37,489 bases of DNA from Octopus bimaculoides (taxonomy: Eukaryota): the NCBI RefSeq assembly GCF_001194135.2, contig NC_068991.1, forward strand, positions 12,553,445 through 12,590,933, given 5' to 3'. The translations under genes were made by a program, and so were the position numbers. Every line of letters begins with the position of its first letter. Position 1 is the stretch's first letter. Below are positions 1-11,087 of the stretch, one piece after another. The notes below the pieces were generated by a model, which was given only the letters and a program-made list of their open reading frames with translations, was not told the origin of the DNA and made no database searches.

Positions 1-94
1 TATATATATATATATATATATATATATAGCAATAAGAAAATGGAGGGGAATATGAGGTACTCATCAACTTGCAGACACTGTACTTTGTTAATTA

Positions 95-202
95 ATCCGT
101 TTTTTCAGCTTTTTCTCTTCTGGTTTCGAGAAGCCTGGTATTTAGAAGATTGGTATTTAGACAGTGTGTTACATATCCCAGGGCTCCAATAATTACAGGT
201 AT
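95..202 (-). mobile_element. 3'-terminal fragment of an RLE-type (NeSL/R4/R2-like) non-LTR retrotransposon ORF, copy 1, degenerate
   Basis: The minus strand reads IPVIIGALGYVTHCLNTNL, then after a frameshift GFSKPEEKKL. The PxIIGALG motif is typical of the C-terminal end of restriction-like-endonuclease LINE ORFs. The segment is a diverged direct repeat of 370-460. Confidence 0.62.
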
Positions 203-460
203 GTACGTGTGCATGTATGTATGCATGTATTTAGGTATGTATGTGTGTATGTATGTTTCATGTATGCATTCTCATGCATATAGTTGCATATATAAAGCTG
301 TTCATATATATTTAAATGATAAACTTCTGAAAAGTTTTACAGATTTTTACAGTTCCAGTGATGGACTGGATCTCCTTTCTGGTTTTCAGAAGCCTAATTT
401 CTCAAGATTGGTATTTAGTTAATGTGCTACATATCCCAGGGCTCCAATAATTACAGGTAT
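203..460 (-). mobile_element. 3'-terminal fragment of the same RLE-type LINE (ORF end plus start of 3' UTR), copy 2, pseudogenised
   Basis: The minus strand reads IPVIIGALGYVAH*LNTNLEKLGF*KPERR, then after a deletion/frameshift IQSITGTVKICKTFQKFII* (stop at 312-314). An ATAC-rich UTR-like stretch follows. Confidence 0.72.
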
Positions 461-497
461 GTATGTATGTATGTATGTATGTATGTATGTATGTATG
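457..497. repeat. (GTAT)n microsatellite
   Basis: Direct reading. Confidence 0.95.
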
Positions 498-1790
498 TGT
501 GTAGAGGTGTAGATATAAGCCAAACCATTCAATAGATTGGAACTAACAAAATGTGATTAAGTACTGAGGCCGATATATTGCAAAAGATAGCCCTCGTGGA
601 AGGCAGACGTTTTGAAGGACTTGAGCGTCTCAACAACGTTTTACAGCATTTGAAATTAATAATTGATTTTGTCTTTGCAGTGCTTTGTTTTAACATTGTG
701 CCGAATATATTTGCATAAATATAGTACTGAATATATTCATAGAGTTTTAACCAATGGAGAATGTAAATACATATATAAATCACTTATCTTCGTATACAAT
801 ATATTTGAAAATATTGTATATAAGGACAATGTTTAAATCCGCTTAAAGCGTATAGTATTGACTAAGATTTACAATGTTTAAGAAGAAGCGAAACAACAGA
901 TGTCCTTGTTCTCTTTGATTAATTGCTTAGAGACAAGTTTGCCTCTTTTCTTTGATGGAAGACATATTACTAAGGAACAGTTTTAAATAAAAAGCATATC
1001 CCATGATCTATTAAATACAGACATTCATGTAAAACTGTAAACAAAAGAATTAGTTTCTCCATTCGTAAACTCGATCGAAGAGAATCCTACGAGCAACTGA
1101 CAGTCGAAGAAAAAATGGATTACAAGGTACTTTGCACCCGCCTACCAAAATAAGTGATAGACTGACAAATTAACGAAAATCTAATTTATGTATATTAAGC
1201 CTGACATACAACAATCTTCTGATAGCATCATGAACGGTTGCGTGTCTGAAAATTTCGCTGTCAGAAGTGAGTATGAATCTGCTTTTGCTAAAAGCCCAAA
1301 CAGTAATTGTTTAAAGAGGACATGTGCATTTGAAGTTCTCATAAATCAGTTCACTTTTTGTTGACTGTCCGGTCACTGGCGAGATTCTGAGGCTAATTTC
1401 CATCCGATAATCACATTTTCTAAATATTTTTTCCCTGCCATGAAACCATGACAGACTTGCAGGACAGAAATATATACGGTTTTAATCCTATTTTTAAAAG
1501 AGGGTTTTCAACAAGGGTTCCCTTTTTTTTTTTTTTAATGAAAAGTGTTCGGCTCCTTTGCTTCTGATATCTGGGCTCGGCAACGCATTTCGAAAAGGAG
1601 TCCTGGCAATCAATAACCCATAAAACATTGATCCAAACATTGAAGCACGGCTTACAAGTTTATACAAGAGCTACATAATCAATTAAATCCATTCCTGTGT
1701 ACTACTTGTAGAGGATCTCACAAAAATCACCAATGATCTTCAATTAAATTTACCTTATTTTTACGTTCTGAGTTCAAATTCCGTCGAGAT

Positions 1791-1995
1791 AGCAGAAACG
1801 TTAGCACGCCGGGCGAAATGCTTAGCGGTATTTCGTCTGCCGCTACGTTCTGAGTTCAAATTCCGCCTAGGTCGACTTTGCCTTTCATCCCTTCGGGAAC
1901 GATTAACTAAGTATCAGTTACGCACTGGGGTCGATATAATCGACTTAATCCCTTTGTCTGTATGGTTAGCCCCCTGTGGACATTAAAGAAATAAA
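1791..1995 (+). mobile_element. tRNA-derived SINE, working family D; a 27-bp partial duplicate of its B-box region lies at 1762-1788
   Basis: Sequence GCAGAAACGTTAGCACGCCGGGCGAAATGCTTAGC...GAGTTCAAATTCCG (Pol III B box)...GTCGACTTTGCCTTTCATCC...GGGGTCGAT. Homologous to 20265-20396, 23281-23480, 29218-29435 and 32641-32740. Confidence 0.75.
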
Positions 1996-2242
1996 TATTT
2001 ACAGAAAGAACTTGGTAGTCGAGACAAGGGGGAATCTGCGAGAAAAAAATATCTTGAGCGAAACTAACCAAACCATCGTTGGCATTGTATAAATTAATCT
2101 GCAAAGAAAGGCAAAAACGGGATTTTAAAAAGTAATACTGATTTTACCCGTTACTATTGAAAAATGTGACGTAACTTTGTACCCGCACGCACGCACACAT
2201 ACACACAACAACAACAACAACTTATATACAAATGTATCGTAG

Positions 2243-2622
2243 GGCATTCCGTCGCTTACGACGTCGAGGGTTCCAGTTGATCCGATCAACGGAACAGCTT
2301 GCTCGTGAAATTAACGTGCAAGTGGCTGAGCACTCCACAGACACGTGTACCCTTAACGTAGTTCTCGGGGATATTCAGCGTGACACAGTGTGACAAGGCT
2401 GACCCTTCGAATTACAGGAACAACAGAAACAGGAAGTAAGAGTGAGAGAAAGTTGTGGTGGAAGAGTACAGCAGGGTTCGCCACCATCCCCTGCCGGAGC
2501 TTTTAGGTGAAGCTTTTAGGTGTTTTCACTCAATAAACACTCACAACGCCCGGTCTGGGAATCGAAACCGCGATCCTATGACCGCGAGTCCGCTGCCCTA
2601 ACCACTGGGCCATTGCGCCTCC
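2243..2622 (-). mobile_element. Full-length tRNA-derived SINE, working family A, with 17-bp TSD
   Basis: The minus-strand head GGAGGCGCAATGGCCCAGTGGTTAGGGCAGCGG...GGTTTCGATTCCCAGACC carries A and B boxes. TSD: ATACAAATGTATCGTAG (2226-2242) and ATACAAATGTATAGTAG (2623-2639), one mismatch. Confidence 0.9.
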
Positions 2623-2777
2623 ATACAAATGTATAGTAGTAATCTAAAGAGAGAACATCAACGTTGCTTTACGACCTTCTAGAATATAATAGCAAAATTC
2701 CGTCGAAAAGTACCCTGCTGTCTTATAAAGGTAGAAAGCGTGCGAGAATACATTAGACATAGCGATATACTAAAAGA

Positions 2778-3150
2778 GGAGGCGCAATGGCCCAGTGGTT
2801 AGGGTAGCGGCCTCGTGGTCATAGGATTGCGGTTTCGATTCCCCGACCGGGCGTTGTGAGTGTTTATTGAGTGAAAACACTTAAAAGCTCCACGAGGCTC
2901 CGGCAGGGGATGGTGGTGAACCCTGCTGTACTCTTCCACCACAACTTTCTCTCACTCTTACTTCCTGTTTCTGTTGTGCCTGTAATTCAAAGGGCCAGCC
3001 TTGTGACATTCTGTGTCACGCTGAATATCCCCGAGAACTACGTTAAGGGTACACGTGTCTGTGGAGTGCTCAGCCACTTGCACGTTAATTTCACGAGCAG
3101 GCTGTTCCGTTGATCGGATCAACTGGAACCCTCGACGGAGTGTCAACAAC
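2778..3150 (+). mobile_element. Near full-length family A SINE with 11-bp TSD and a small 3' internal deletion
   Basis: Same head and body as 2243-2622 in opposite orientation, ending CAACAAC. TSD ATACTAAAAGA at 2767-2777 and 3151-3161. The tail lacks GTCGTAAGCGAC, which has been deleted between repeated CGAC motifs. Confidence 0.9.
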
Positions 3151-4356
3151 ATACTAAAAGAGGGAATGGTCAATGTTTGATGGCATTTAATCATTGGTCT
3201 GGTCAATGAGAGCAAGACTGGGTCTAAACAACAATAACAACAGCACGTAGTAATTTATTTATTCTTCATTGAAGAACATAAATCAAAGTATATCATTGCT
3301 GGTTTCGAACCCACAACCAAAATAAACTCTAAGACGACACGCTTTATTTCGCATTGTAGCACGCCACCCCCGCTATATACTTACTACTACGAGTCTGCAT
3401 TCGCTACCACCGCCAACACTACTATTAATACTAATGCTACCACTTCTATTACGAATACTACCACTACTACTCAGACAACGGTAACGATCATTCTTCATTT
3501 CTTTTGTACACTATTATACTACGTTCCATATACTTTAATAATAATGATGAAATCAGTAACAGTGGATTACTGCGCTGATCTAATCGCCTGTGCCCTCCTT
3601 TCTGCAGATTTATAGCCTCGTATCTTTGATAGAAACCCTTATTGTAATAATATTATTAATAACAATAATTATCATAATAATAAATAGATGATTTCTTCAT
3701 TTTTACCATGAGAATATCAACAAAATTAATAAAATAATAATAATAATGATAATAATTATAACAAGGACAACAACAGCAATAATAGAAAATAAAAAGAAAA
3801 GGAAGTGATTCGTCTGCAGGTGGAGGACATTTTCAGAAATTGGATAAGGCAGACGATATGAATGAGCGAGAAAGAAAGAGGAGGACAAAAAGAATGCGAG
3901 AGATGAAGCGAGATAGAAAACTGGGGTTAAGGTGGAAAGGAAATCTAGCCACCATCTTCAGTATTCTTCCCTCCGCCAAACACATGTATACAAAGCAAAC
4001 AGATGAAAATAAAAGCAAAATCTGTTATGAATGTATACATGTACTGTACTTTAGGCAAAAAGATACATTTACATCCATGAATAACGTCTTATAATCATAT
4101 TATCGCATACACCTTCCATGATACATGACCACGCAACGTTTTACTCCCTCGTTTTTTGTCCCTCCCTCTCATTCTCACTCTCTGTCTCTCTCTCTCTCTC
4201 CCTCCTTCCCTCCCTCATATCGTCTGCTTCATGCAATTTATGAACATGTTATTCCATTTGCAGAGGCTCTCTCTCTCTTCTAATACACAGATATATAAAC
4301 ACACTCATTCATATTATACACACCCACATACATATATTGGCACATAGGCATCAATG

Positions 4357-4400
<44 letters not shown>

Positions 4401-5509
4401 GAGAGAGAGAGAAAGGCACAGACATAGAGACTCACAGACTTAGATATACACACATACACACATATACACATACATACATATATAAAAGCACAAACACACA
4501 TATAGATATATATAGGCTGAGATACCAAAATATTTACATACACTGATATAATTATATACATACATAGATATAGAGGCACATCAACGCAGAGATAGACTTA
4601 GACATATAGATATAGACATTTATATATAGAGAGAGAAACAAGCACATACGTAGACGGAGATACACATAGACACAAAACAGCAAATATTACATACAAATGC
4701 ACACATATACACATACACAGAAACACAAATATATTCACAGAGACACATATACACATATGCATATACGTACGCCCACACTCACGCAGACAGAGGCGCACAG
4801 ATGCACAGACAGACAAAAATTCAGAGGCGTAAGTAGAGGTAATTAACGAAGGGCGACTGTAAATGTTGTCTAGATGTTTCGACTGATGACAATGCGAAGA
4901 GAAAGAAAGATGACATAGGGAAATATAAAAAGGGACGGGGTTGGTTGAGAGGGAGCGCCAAGTGTTTGTGAGAAATAGGCTGGAGATATGATTTGGTAGG
5001 GGGTTTGGAATGAGGTTGGGGGTTGTTTGGAGAGATACGGGGCCACAAGCGAAAAGTGGTGTCAAGATGGCAGAAATAGCTTAAATTAGAGAACTGATTT
5101 GCTGATGGAACACAAATAAAAGGTAGGAAATATAAAAAGAAAGGCAAACAAACAAAGAAGGATAAAGCGTGGGTAAGAAAGGGGAATGAGAAGAAAAAAT
5201 GGAATACAATTTAGGTTGAAGAAGATCAGAGAAGCTGTAGGAAGCGGTATCGATCTTTTGTAGATGGTTGTGGTGGTGGTGGTGTTTTGGGAGGTTAGGG
5301 TTAGAAGAAAGAATGGAAGCAGAAATGGAGGAAGGAAGGAAGAAAGGAAATGAAAGAGTGAGGGCGATACGGATGGAGTCAGGAAGAGAGAGAAGGTGTA
5401 CGGGTGAGAGCAATTAAAGAAGTGAGTGTATGTAGAAGGGAGGGANNNNNNNNNNTTGATAGAGAGAAGGGAGACTGATAAGGTGCAAGTGACAGATATG
5501 GGGAAAGAA

Positions 5510-5510
<1 letters not shown>

Positions 5511-5597
<87 letters not shown>

Positions 5598-5598
5598 A
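5511..5598. repeat. (AAAG)n microsatellite inside a purine-rich low-complexity tract (about 5100-6170)
   Basis: Direct reading. Confidence 0.95.
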
Positions 5599-6098
5599 CT
5601 AGAATGAGAAAGAGGCAGAGAAAAGAGCACGATATATAGTTACATGAAAAGATGAAAATCAGAGACAGAGCGACGGAGAGAGCGAGGGAGAGGGAGAGAG
5701 AGAGAGAGAGAGACAGAGCAGTGAGGGAGTGAATATGAGGAGAGAGAGGTTGGAAAAGAAAGGTTCTGAAGTGATATCAGAAAGACAACACTTGTGTGGA
5801 AAGAGGAAATGAGGGATAGAATTTCTTATTGAGGATGACAAGGCATAAAATAGAAGAGAGAAGAGAAAGACAGGAGAGGAAGGGTAAAGTGGGAGGAGTG
5901 AAGTAGAGAGAGGCAGAGAGTGAGAGAGAGAGAGGCAGGGAGTGTGAGAGAGAGAGAGAGAGAGAGTGTGGTGACATAGGTGTGCATAAATCTATGCTCT
6001 TGTATGTGTTTGTATTTACTTATGTAAACCAATGTGGATATGTGTGCGCGAATATGTGTGTCTGTAAGAGTTAGAGAAAGAGTTACTGGACAGAAGGA

Positions 6099-6134
<36 letters not shown>

Positions 6135-6239
6135 CAAAGGGAGAGAGAGAGGGACAGAGATAAGGGAGAGCATATGTGTATGCGATATATATCTATGTAG
6201 TTTGTTATGTGTGTTTATATGCGTGTATAATTTTGCATA

Positions 6240-6445
6240 TTTGTATGTATGTATGTATGTACGTATGTATGTATGTATGTATGTATGTATGTATATGTGT
6301 GTGTCTTTGTGTGTATGTATGTGTGTGTATGTATGTATGTATGTATGTATGTATGTATGTGTGTGTATGTATGTATGCATGTATGTGTGTGTGTGGCTTT
6401 GTGTGTATGTATGTATGTGTATGTATATATCAGTGTGTGTATGTG
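6240..6445. repeat. Compound (GTAT)n/(GT)n microsatellite
   Basis: Direct reading. Confidence 0.95.
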
Positions 6446-8099
6446 TCGAGTGAAAACGTGACGCAAAACTGATTAATGTATCAGGAGAAATAAAGAGACT
6501 AGGATTGGAGTCTCAAGAAAGATAGATACACTGCGACAAATTAGTGTAAATATGAGAGAGAGAGAGAGAGAAGGAGGGAGGGAGAGAGTGGAGCTTCAGC
6601 AACACAAAAATAAAACATCAATGACAGCAACAATAATAATAACATTAAATGCAACAGCAATAGCAACAACGATATCGATAGTGAAAGTAAAACCCCAAAA
6701 AAAAGAAAAGAAAAATGCGAAAATGCGGCTATGGTACAGAAATTAAGAATAACAAAAGGAAAGCGCAGAGTTAGAAAAAAAATACATAAACAAAGTAAAG
6801 AAAAAAAAGATACGGCAAAGATGGTGATGTATGAAGACTGGGGGTTGGAAAGTTGTTGGAAAGTTTGTTGGAAAAAGGGAACTGAGATGGGTGACGAAAA
6901 GGTGGGAGATGAGAACGGGTGAAGAAATTGAAAAAGGAAAGGAAAGAGAAGAAATAAGTAAAAAAAAAAAAAAAAAAAAAAAAGAAAGGAAGGAAGGAAG
7001 GAAAGAAAGAAAGAAAGAAAGGAAAGATAGCGGGAAGGTAAAAGTCTGCGGTGGCAATAAACTCAATTCATCTTGATGTGATTCTGTCACGTAGACAGAA
7101 GATACAGACAGACACGGAAAGAGATAGAAACAGATGGAGAGATTGAGAAAGAGAGAAAGAAAGAAAGAGAGAAACGCGCGTAAACACACTTACACGCCAC
7201 ACACTTACCCCATATACGCACACAGAAACATTCATAGCCTCGAGCAGGCAGAGACGACACAGCAGCAAAAGCCTGCAAGAAATGACTGTGGTGAAATGGT
7301 ATTTTGTTTTGTTTATGGGTTTTGATTGTCTACTTAGTTTTTCTCTTCTCTCTTCTGAGCGAAGTGAGACGGTAGTTTTCAGAAATCTGACGAGGACGGG
7401 GTAAGTAACTGCTTTGGTTTGGTTTGGTTTGGTTTGGGTGGTAGGAGAAAAACAGGGAAAAGATGAAAAAAATAGAAAGAAAGGAAGGGAGGGAGTATAT
7501 GGTGAAGTGTAATGAGTGAGGATTGCTCGTTTGGGGTCGGGTTTGGGTTGTGTCTGGGCTTTTGAGCTTCGGTTCGTTCGCTTTGGTTCGGGTTTTCGTT
7601 TAAGCTAGGTAGAGATAGGGAAGGGACGGTCTTGGTTGGAGGGGGGGCGCCCTCGGTTGATGTTGCGTTGTATAGTTTCGTGGAATGGGTTGGTTGGAGA
7701 AAGGGGGGAGAGGAGAGGAGATACGAGATTTTCCGGATGTGCAAGAGGCTGGTATAGGGCAGGGGGTGGGACGGACGAGAGACAATAGACGACATTTTAG
7801 CAAAAATTAATAAATAACAAAATTAACGACAAAATAGTCAAATAAATAAATAGAAGTGCAAAGAGAAGGAGGAAGTGTGGCGGAATATGGTGGCCTCTGT
7901 CGCCTGTTATTTGTCGATTGATAACCACACAGAGTGAAGTTAGCTAGTTTTATCATCATAATCAGCAGCATCATCGTCTTCATTATTGTTTTAGTCATCA
8001 GCATCAGCAACAAATCTTGACTGTCATCGTCACTCTCATCCTCATTATTATCGTCGTCTTCGTCAGCGTCAGCGTCGGCGTCGTCAGCAACAAATATTA

Positions 8100-9060
8100 T
8101 CGTCATGATGATGATCATCATCATCATCGTCGTCGTCGTCGTCGTCGTCGTCGTCATCATCATCATTATCATCATCATCTGTATCACCTCCATCAATATT
8201 ATAGCACGGCCGTTACCAGCATCACCACTACCACCGCCACCACCACCACCNNNNNNNNNNNNNNNNNNNNNNNNNNNNNNNNNNNNNNNNNNNNNNNNNN
8301 NNNNNNNNNNNNNNNNNNNNNNNNNNNNNNNNNNNNNNNNNNNNNNNNNNNNNNNNNNNNNNNNNNNNNNNNNNNNNNNNNNNNNNNNNNNNNNNNNNNN
8401 NNNNNNNNNNNNNNNNNNNNNNNNNNNNNNNNNNNNNNNNNNNNNNNNNNNNNNNNNNNNNNNNNNNNNNNNNNNNNNNNNNNNNNNNNNNNNNNNNNNN
8501 NNNNNNNNNNNNNNNNNNNNNNNNNNNNNNNNNNNNNNNNNNNNNNNNNNNNNNNNNNNNNNNNNNNNNNNNNNNNNNNNNNNNNNNNNNNNNNNNNNNN
8601 NNNNNNNNNNNNNNNNNNNNNNNNNNNNNNNNNNNNNNNNNNNNNNNNNNNNNNNNNNNNNNNNNNNNNNNNNNNNNNNNNNNNNNNNNNNNNNNNNNNN
8701 NNNNNNNNNNNNNNNNNNNNNNNNNNNNNNNNNNNNNNNNNNNNNNNNNNNNNNNNNNNNNNNNNNNNNNNNNNNNNNNNNNNNNNNNNNNNNNNNNNNN
8801 NNNNNNNNNNNNNNNNNNNNNNNNNNNNNNNNNNNNNNNNNNNNNNNNNNNNNNNNNNNNNNNNNNNNNNNNNNNNNNNNNNNNNNNNNNNNNNNNNNNN
8901 NNNNNNNNNNNNNNNNNNNNNNNNNNNNNNNNNNNNNNNNNNNNNNNNNNNNNNNNNNNNNNNNNNNNNNNNNNNNNNNNNNNNNNNNNNNNNNNNNNNN
9001 NNNNNNNNNNNNNNNNNTCATCATCATCATCATCATCATAATCATCATCGTCATCATCAA
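8100..9060. repeat. (CAT)n/(CGT)n/(CAC)n trinucleotide tract spanning an assembly gap (N 8251-9017)
   Basis: Direct reading on both sides of the gap. Confidence 0.85.
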
Positions 9061-9132
9061 ATACGACAAGAACACACAGCATCATCAACCGTAGCAGTCG
9101 TTAAACAAAATGGTAATACTAAAATTGATACA

Positions 9133-9231
9133 CTATAGTAGAAGGCACTTGCTCAAGATACCACGCAGTGGGACTGAACCCGGAACCATGTGGTTGGGAA
9201 GCCAACTTCTCACGACACTGCCACGTCTGCT
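9133..9231 (-). mobile_element. 5' fragment (tRNA head plus start of core) of working family C SINE
   Basis: CTATAGTAGAAGGCACTTGCTCAAGATACCACGCAGTGGGACTGAACCCGGAACCATG matches 28917-28977. Confidence 0.7.
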
Positions 9232-10426
9232 TAACATATCGCGTAATCGTTTGCGCCATAGCCACAAGGCAGATAAAAAAACTGTCTCCCCATCCCATTT
9301 TTAAAAAATCGGCTGGAATATTTGGTCATGATGCGCGATTTGGTCATGAACGCACCATGTTCTCTCCTCTGAGGTTCCTGAGGTGGGGATGACGGTTCAT
9401 ATTGGTTGGCCACATGCTATATGGACACAGCGGATGAGAAAGTTAGTATCTCACGGAGACGGAGGCCGACTGTGGCGCTGCTCGGAAGGCTGCTCCGAGA
9501 AGACCCGAGCAAATGCCAACAAACGCTGGATGCTGCGACGCACTGCAGCAGCGCATGCCCCCACACTACCTGAGCTGACCTGATGGGGCGATCTTCATGA
9601 TAGGCTCGGTGAATAACTGGAGCCTTCTTACGCGAGGATGCAACTGTTCGATGTCTGCTTCGCATGCCAGCAATGCTCCAAACATTGTACAAATGCGTTG
9701 CAAGTACTCTTCGGTCGCTGCGTACATATGAAACAGTCTCACAGGATAGCACTTCAGGGCCTTTAGAGTTTATCTCGATCGAATAGTGCCCCTCGGTAGC
9801 ACTTCCTGACGGAGTCTTCTGAGAGGGATCTAAAGTAGCCTCNNNNNNNNNNNNNNNNNNNNNNNNNNNNNNNNNNNNNNNNNNNNNNNNNNNNNNNNNN
9901 NNNNNNNNNNNNNNNNNNNNNNNNNNNNNNNNNNNNNNNNNNNNNNNNNNNNNNNNNNNNNNNNNNNNNNNNNNNNNNNNNNNNNNNNNNNNNNNNNNNN
10001 NNNNNNNNNNNNNNNNNNNNNNNNNNNNNNNNNNNNNNNNNNNNNNNNNNNNNNNNNNNNNNNNNNNNNNNNNNNNNNNNNNNNNNNNNNNNNNNNNNNN
10101 NNNNNNNNNNNNNNNNNNNNNNNNNNNNNNNNNNNNNNNNNNNNNNNNNNNNNNNNNNNNNNNNNNNNNNNNNNNNNNNNNNNNNNNNNNNNNNNNNNNN
10201 NNNNNNNNNNNNNNNNNNNNNNNNNNNNNNNNNNNNNNNNNNNNNNNNNNNNNNNNNNNNNNNNNNNNNNNNNNNNNNNNNNNNNNNNNNNNNNNNNNNN
10301 NNNNNNNNNNNNNNNNNGACGGCAATGGTGGTGGTGCTAGTGGGAGTGGAGTAGGTGGTGGCTGTGGTGATTTTAGTGTTAGTGTGATGTAGTTTTGAGG
10401 GATTTTTGCTTCTCCTAAATATTATA

Positions 10427-10460
<34 letters not shown>

Positions 10461-10554
10461 TATATATATATATAAATTTCGTTATATATTATGTGTTAAC
10501 ATACGTTATATTGTATTACACCTACACTATACAAACTGGTTCATTGGGAAAATA

Positions 10555-10720
10555 AATACCTCGCGGTATTTATTCAGGCACGTTCATCTTCTGAGTTTCA
10601 ATCCCACATACCGAGTCCACATAGCTCTGGTGTCAATAAAGCGAAATACAAGTCAAGGTCAGAGGTCGACTTAATCGACTTTTCCCTTCTCCAGTTTCCG
10701 ACCTTCATCTCCCATTAAAT
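10555..10720 (+). mobile_element. Highly diverged family D SINE remnant
   Basis: Residual motifs GCGGTATTT...TTCTGAGTTTCAATCCC...GGTCGACTTAATCGACT are colinear with 1830-1950. Confidence 0.4.
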
Positions 10721-11024
10721 GCAACACACAACAATAATATTTTACGTAGTGTCAAATTACTTTACATCATATTAAATCATATTATATTGTATCTTATTTT
10801 TATTTTATGTTTATATGTTATTGTATTATGGTATAATGTATTTAATATATTATGCTATACTTTATATCACATTTTATTATATTATGTCATCTCAAAAATT
10901 ATTAAGTCATATATGTTATAATATTGTATCCCATTGTACTATATTACGTAATACTATCTTATGCTATAATAGCCTATATTGTATTATGGTATATTAAATG
11001 GCATTATATTGTAGCATATATATA

Positions 11025-11073
<49 letters not shown>

Positions 11074-11087
11074 CTACATATATGTAT

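Noticed and set aside
150-456. Apparent duplicated plus-strand exons ending ...ATTACAG|GTATGT (109-198 and 343-456) and ORF 150-422
   Set aside because: The donor-like GTATGT is just the start of (GTAT)n, the second copy has an in-frame stop, and the minus strand gives a recognisable LINE C-terminal peptide.
2778-2850. tRNA-like sequences at SINE heads (also 2550-2622, 17601-17675, 21185-21255, 28950-29020, 31895-31965, 33220-33293, 37055-37128)
   Set aside because: A and B boxes are present, but there is no paired acceptor stem or canonical anticodon arm, and each continues into a SINE body. Only 29032-29103 forms a full cloverleaf.
3703-7803. Many ORF-track entries of 60-180 aa (poly-SL, HT, YI, ER, VC)
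   Set aside because: They are translations of di-, tri- and tetranucleotide microsatellites and purine-rich low-complexity DNA, with no domain motifs.
7807-10325. Long ORFs of 286-422 aa
   Set aside because: They are mostly X from N runs (8251-9017, 9843-10317) plus trinucleotide repeats. The same applies to the long ORFs over the gaps at 14.6-15.0, 15.7-16.5, 21.8-22.4, 27.2-27.5, 30.6-30.8 and 36.1-36.4 kb.
10760-10995. AT-rich region with apparent 5-bp periodicity (TATTA/TATTG)
   Set aside because: It is a degenerate pentanucleotide microsatellite, and ORF 10815-10997 is a by-product.
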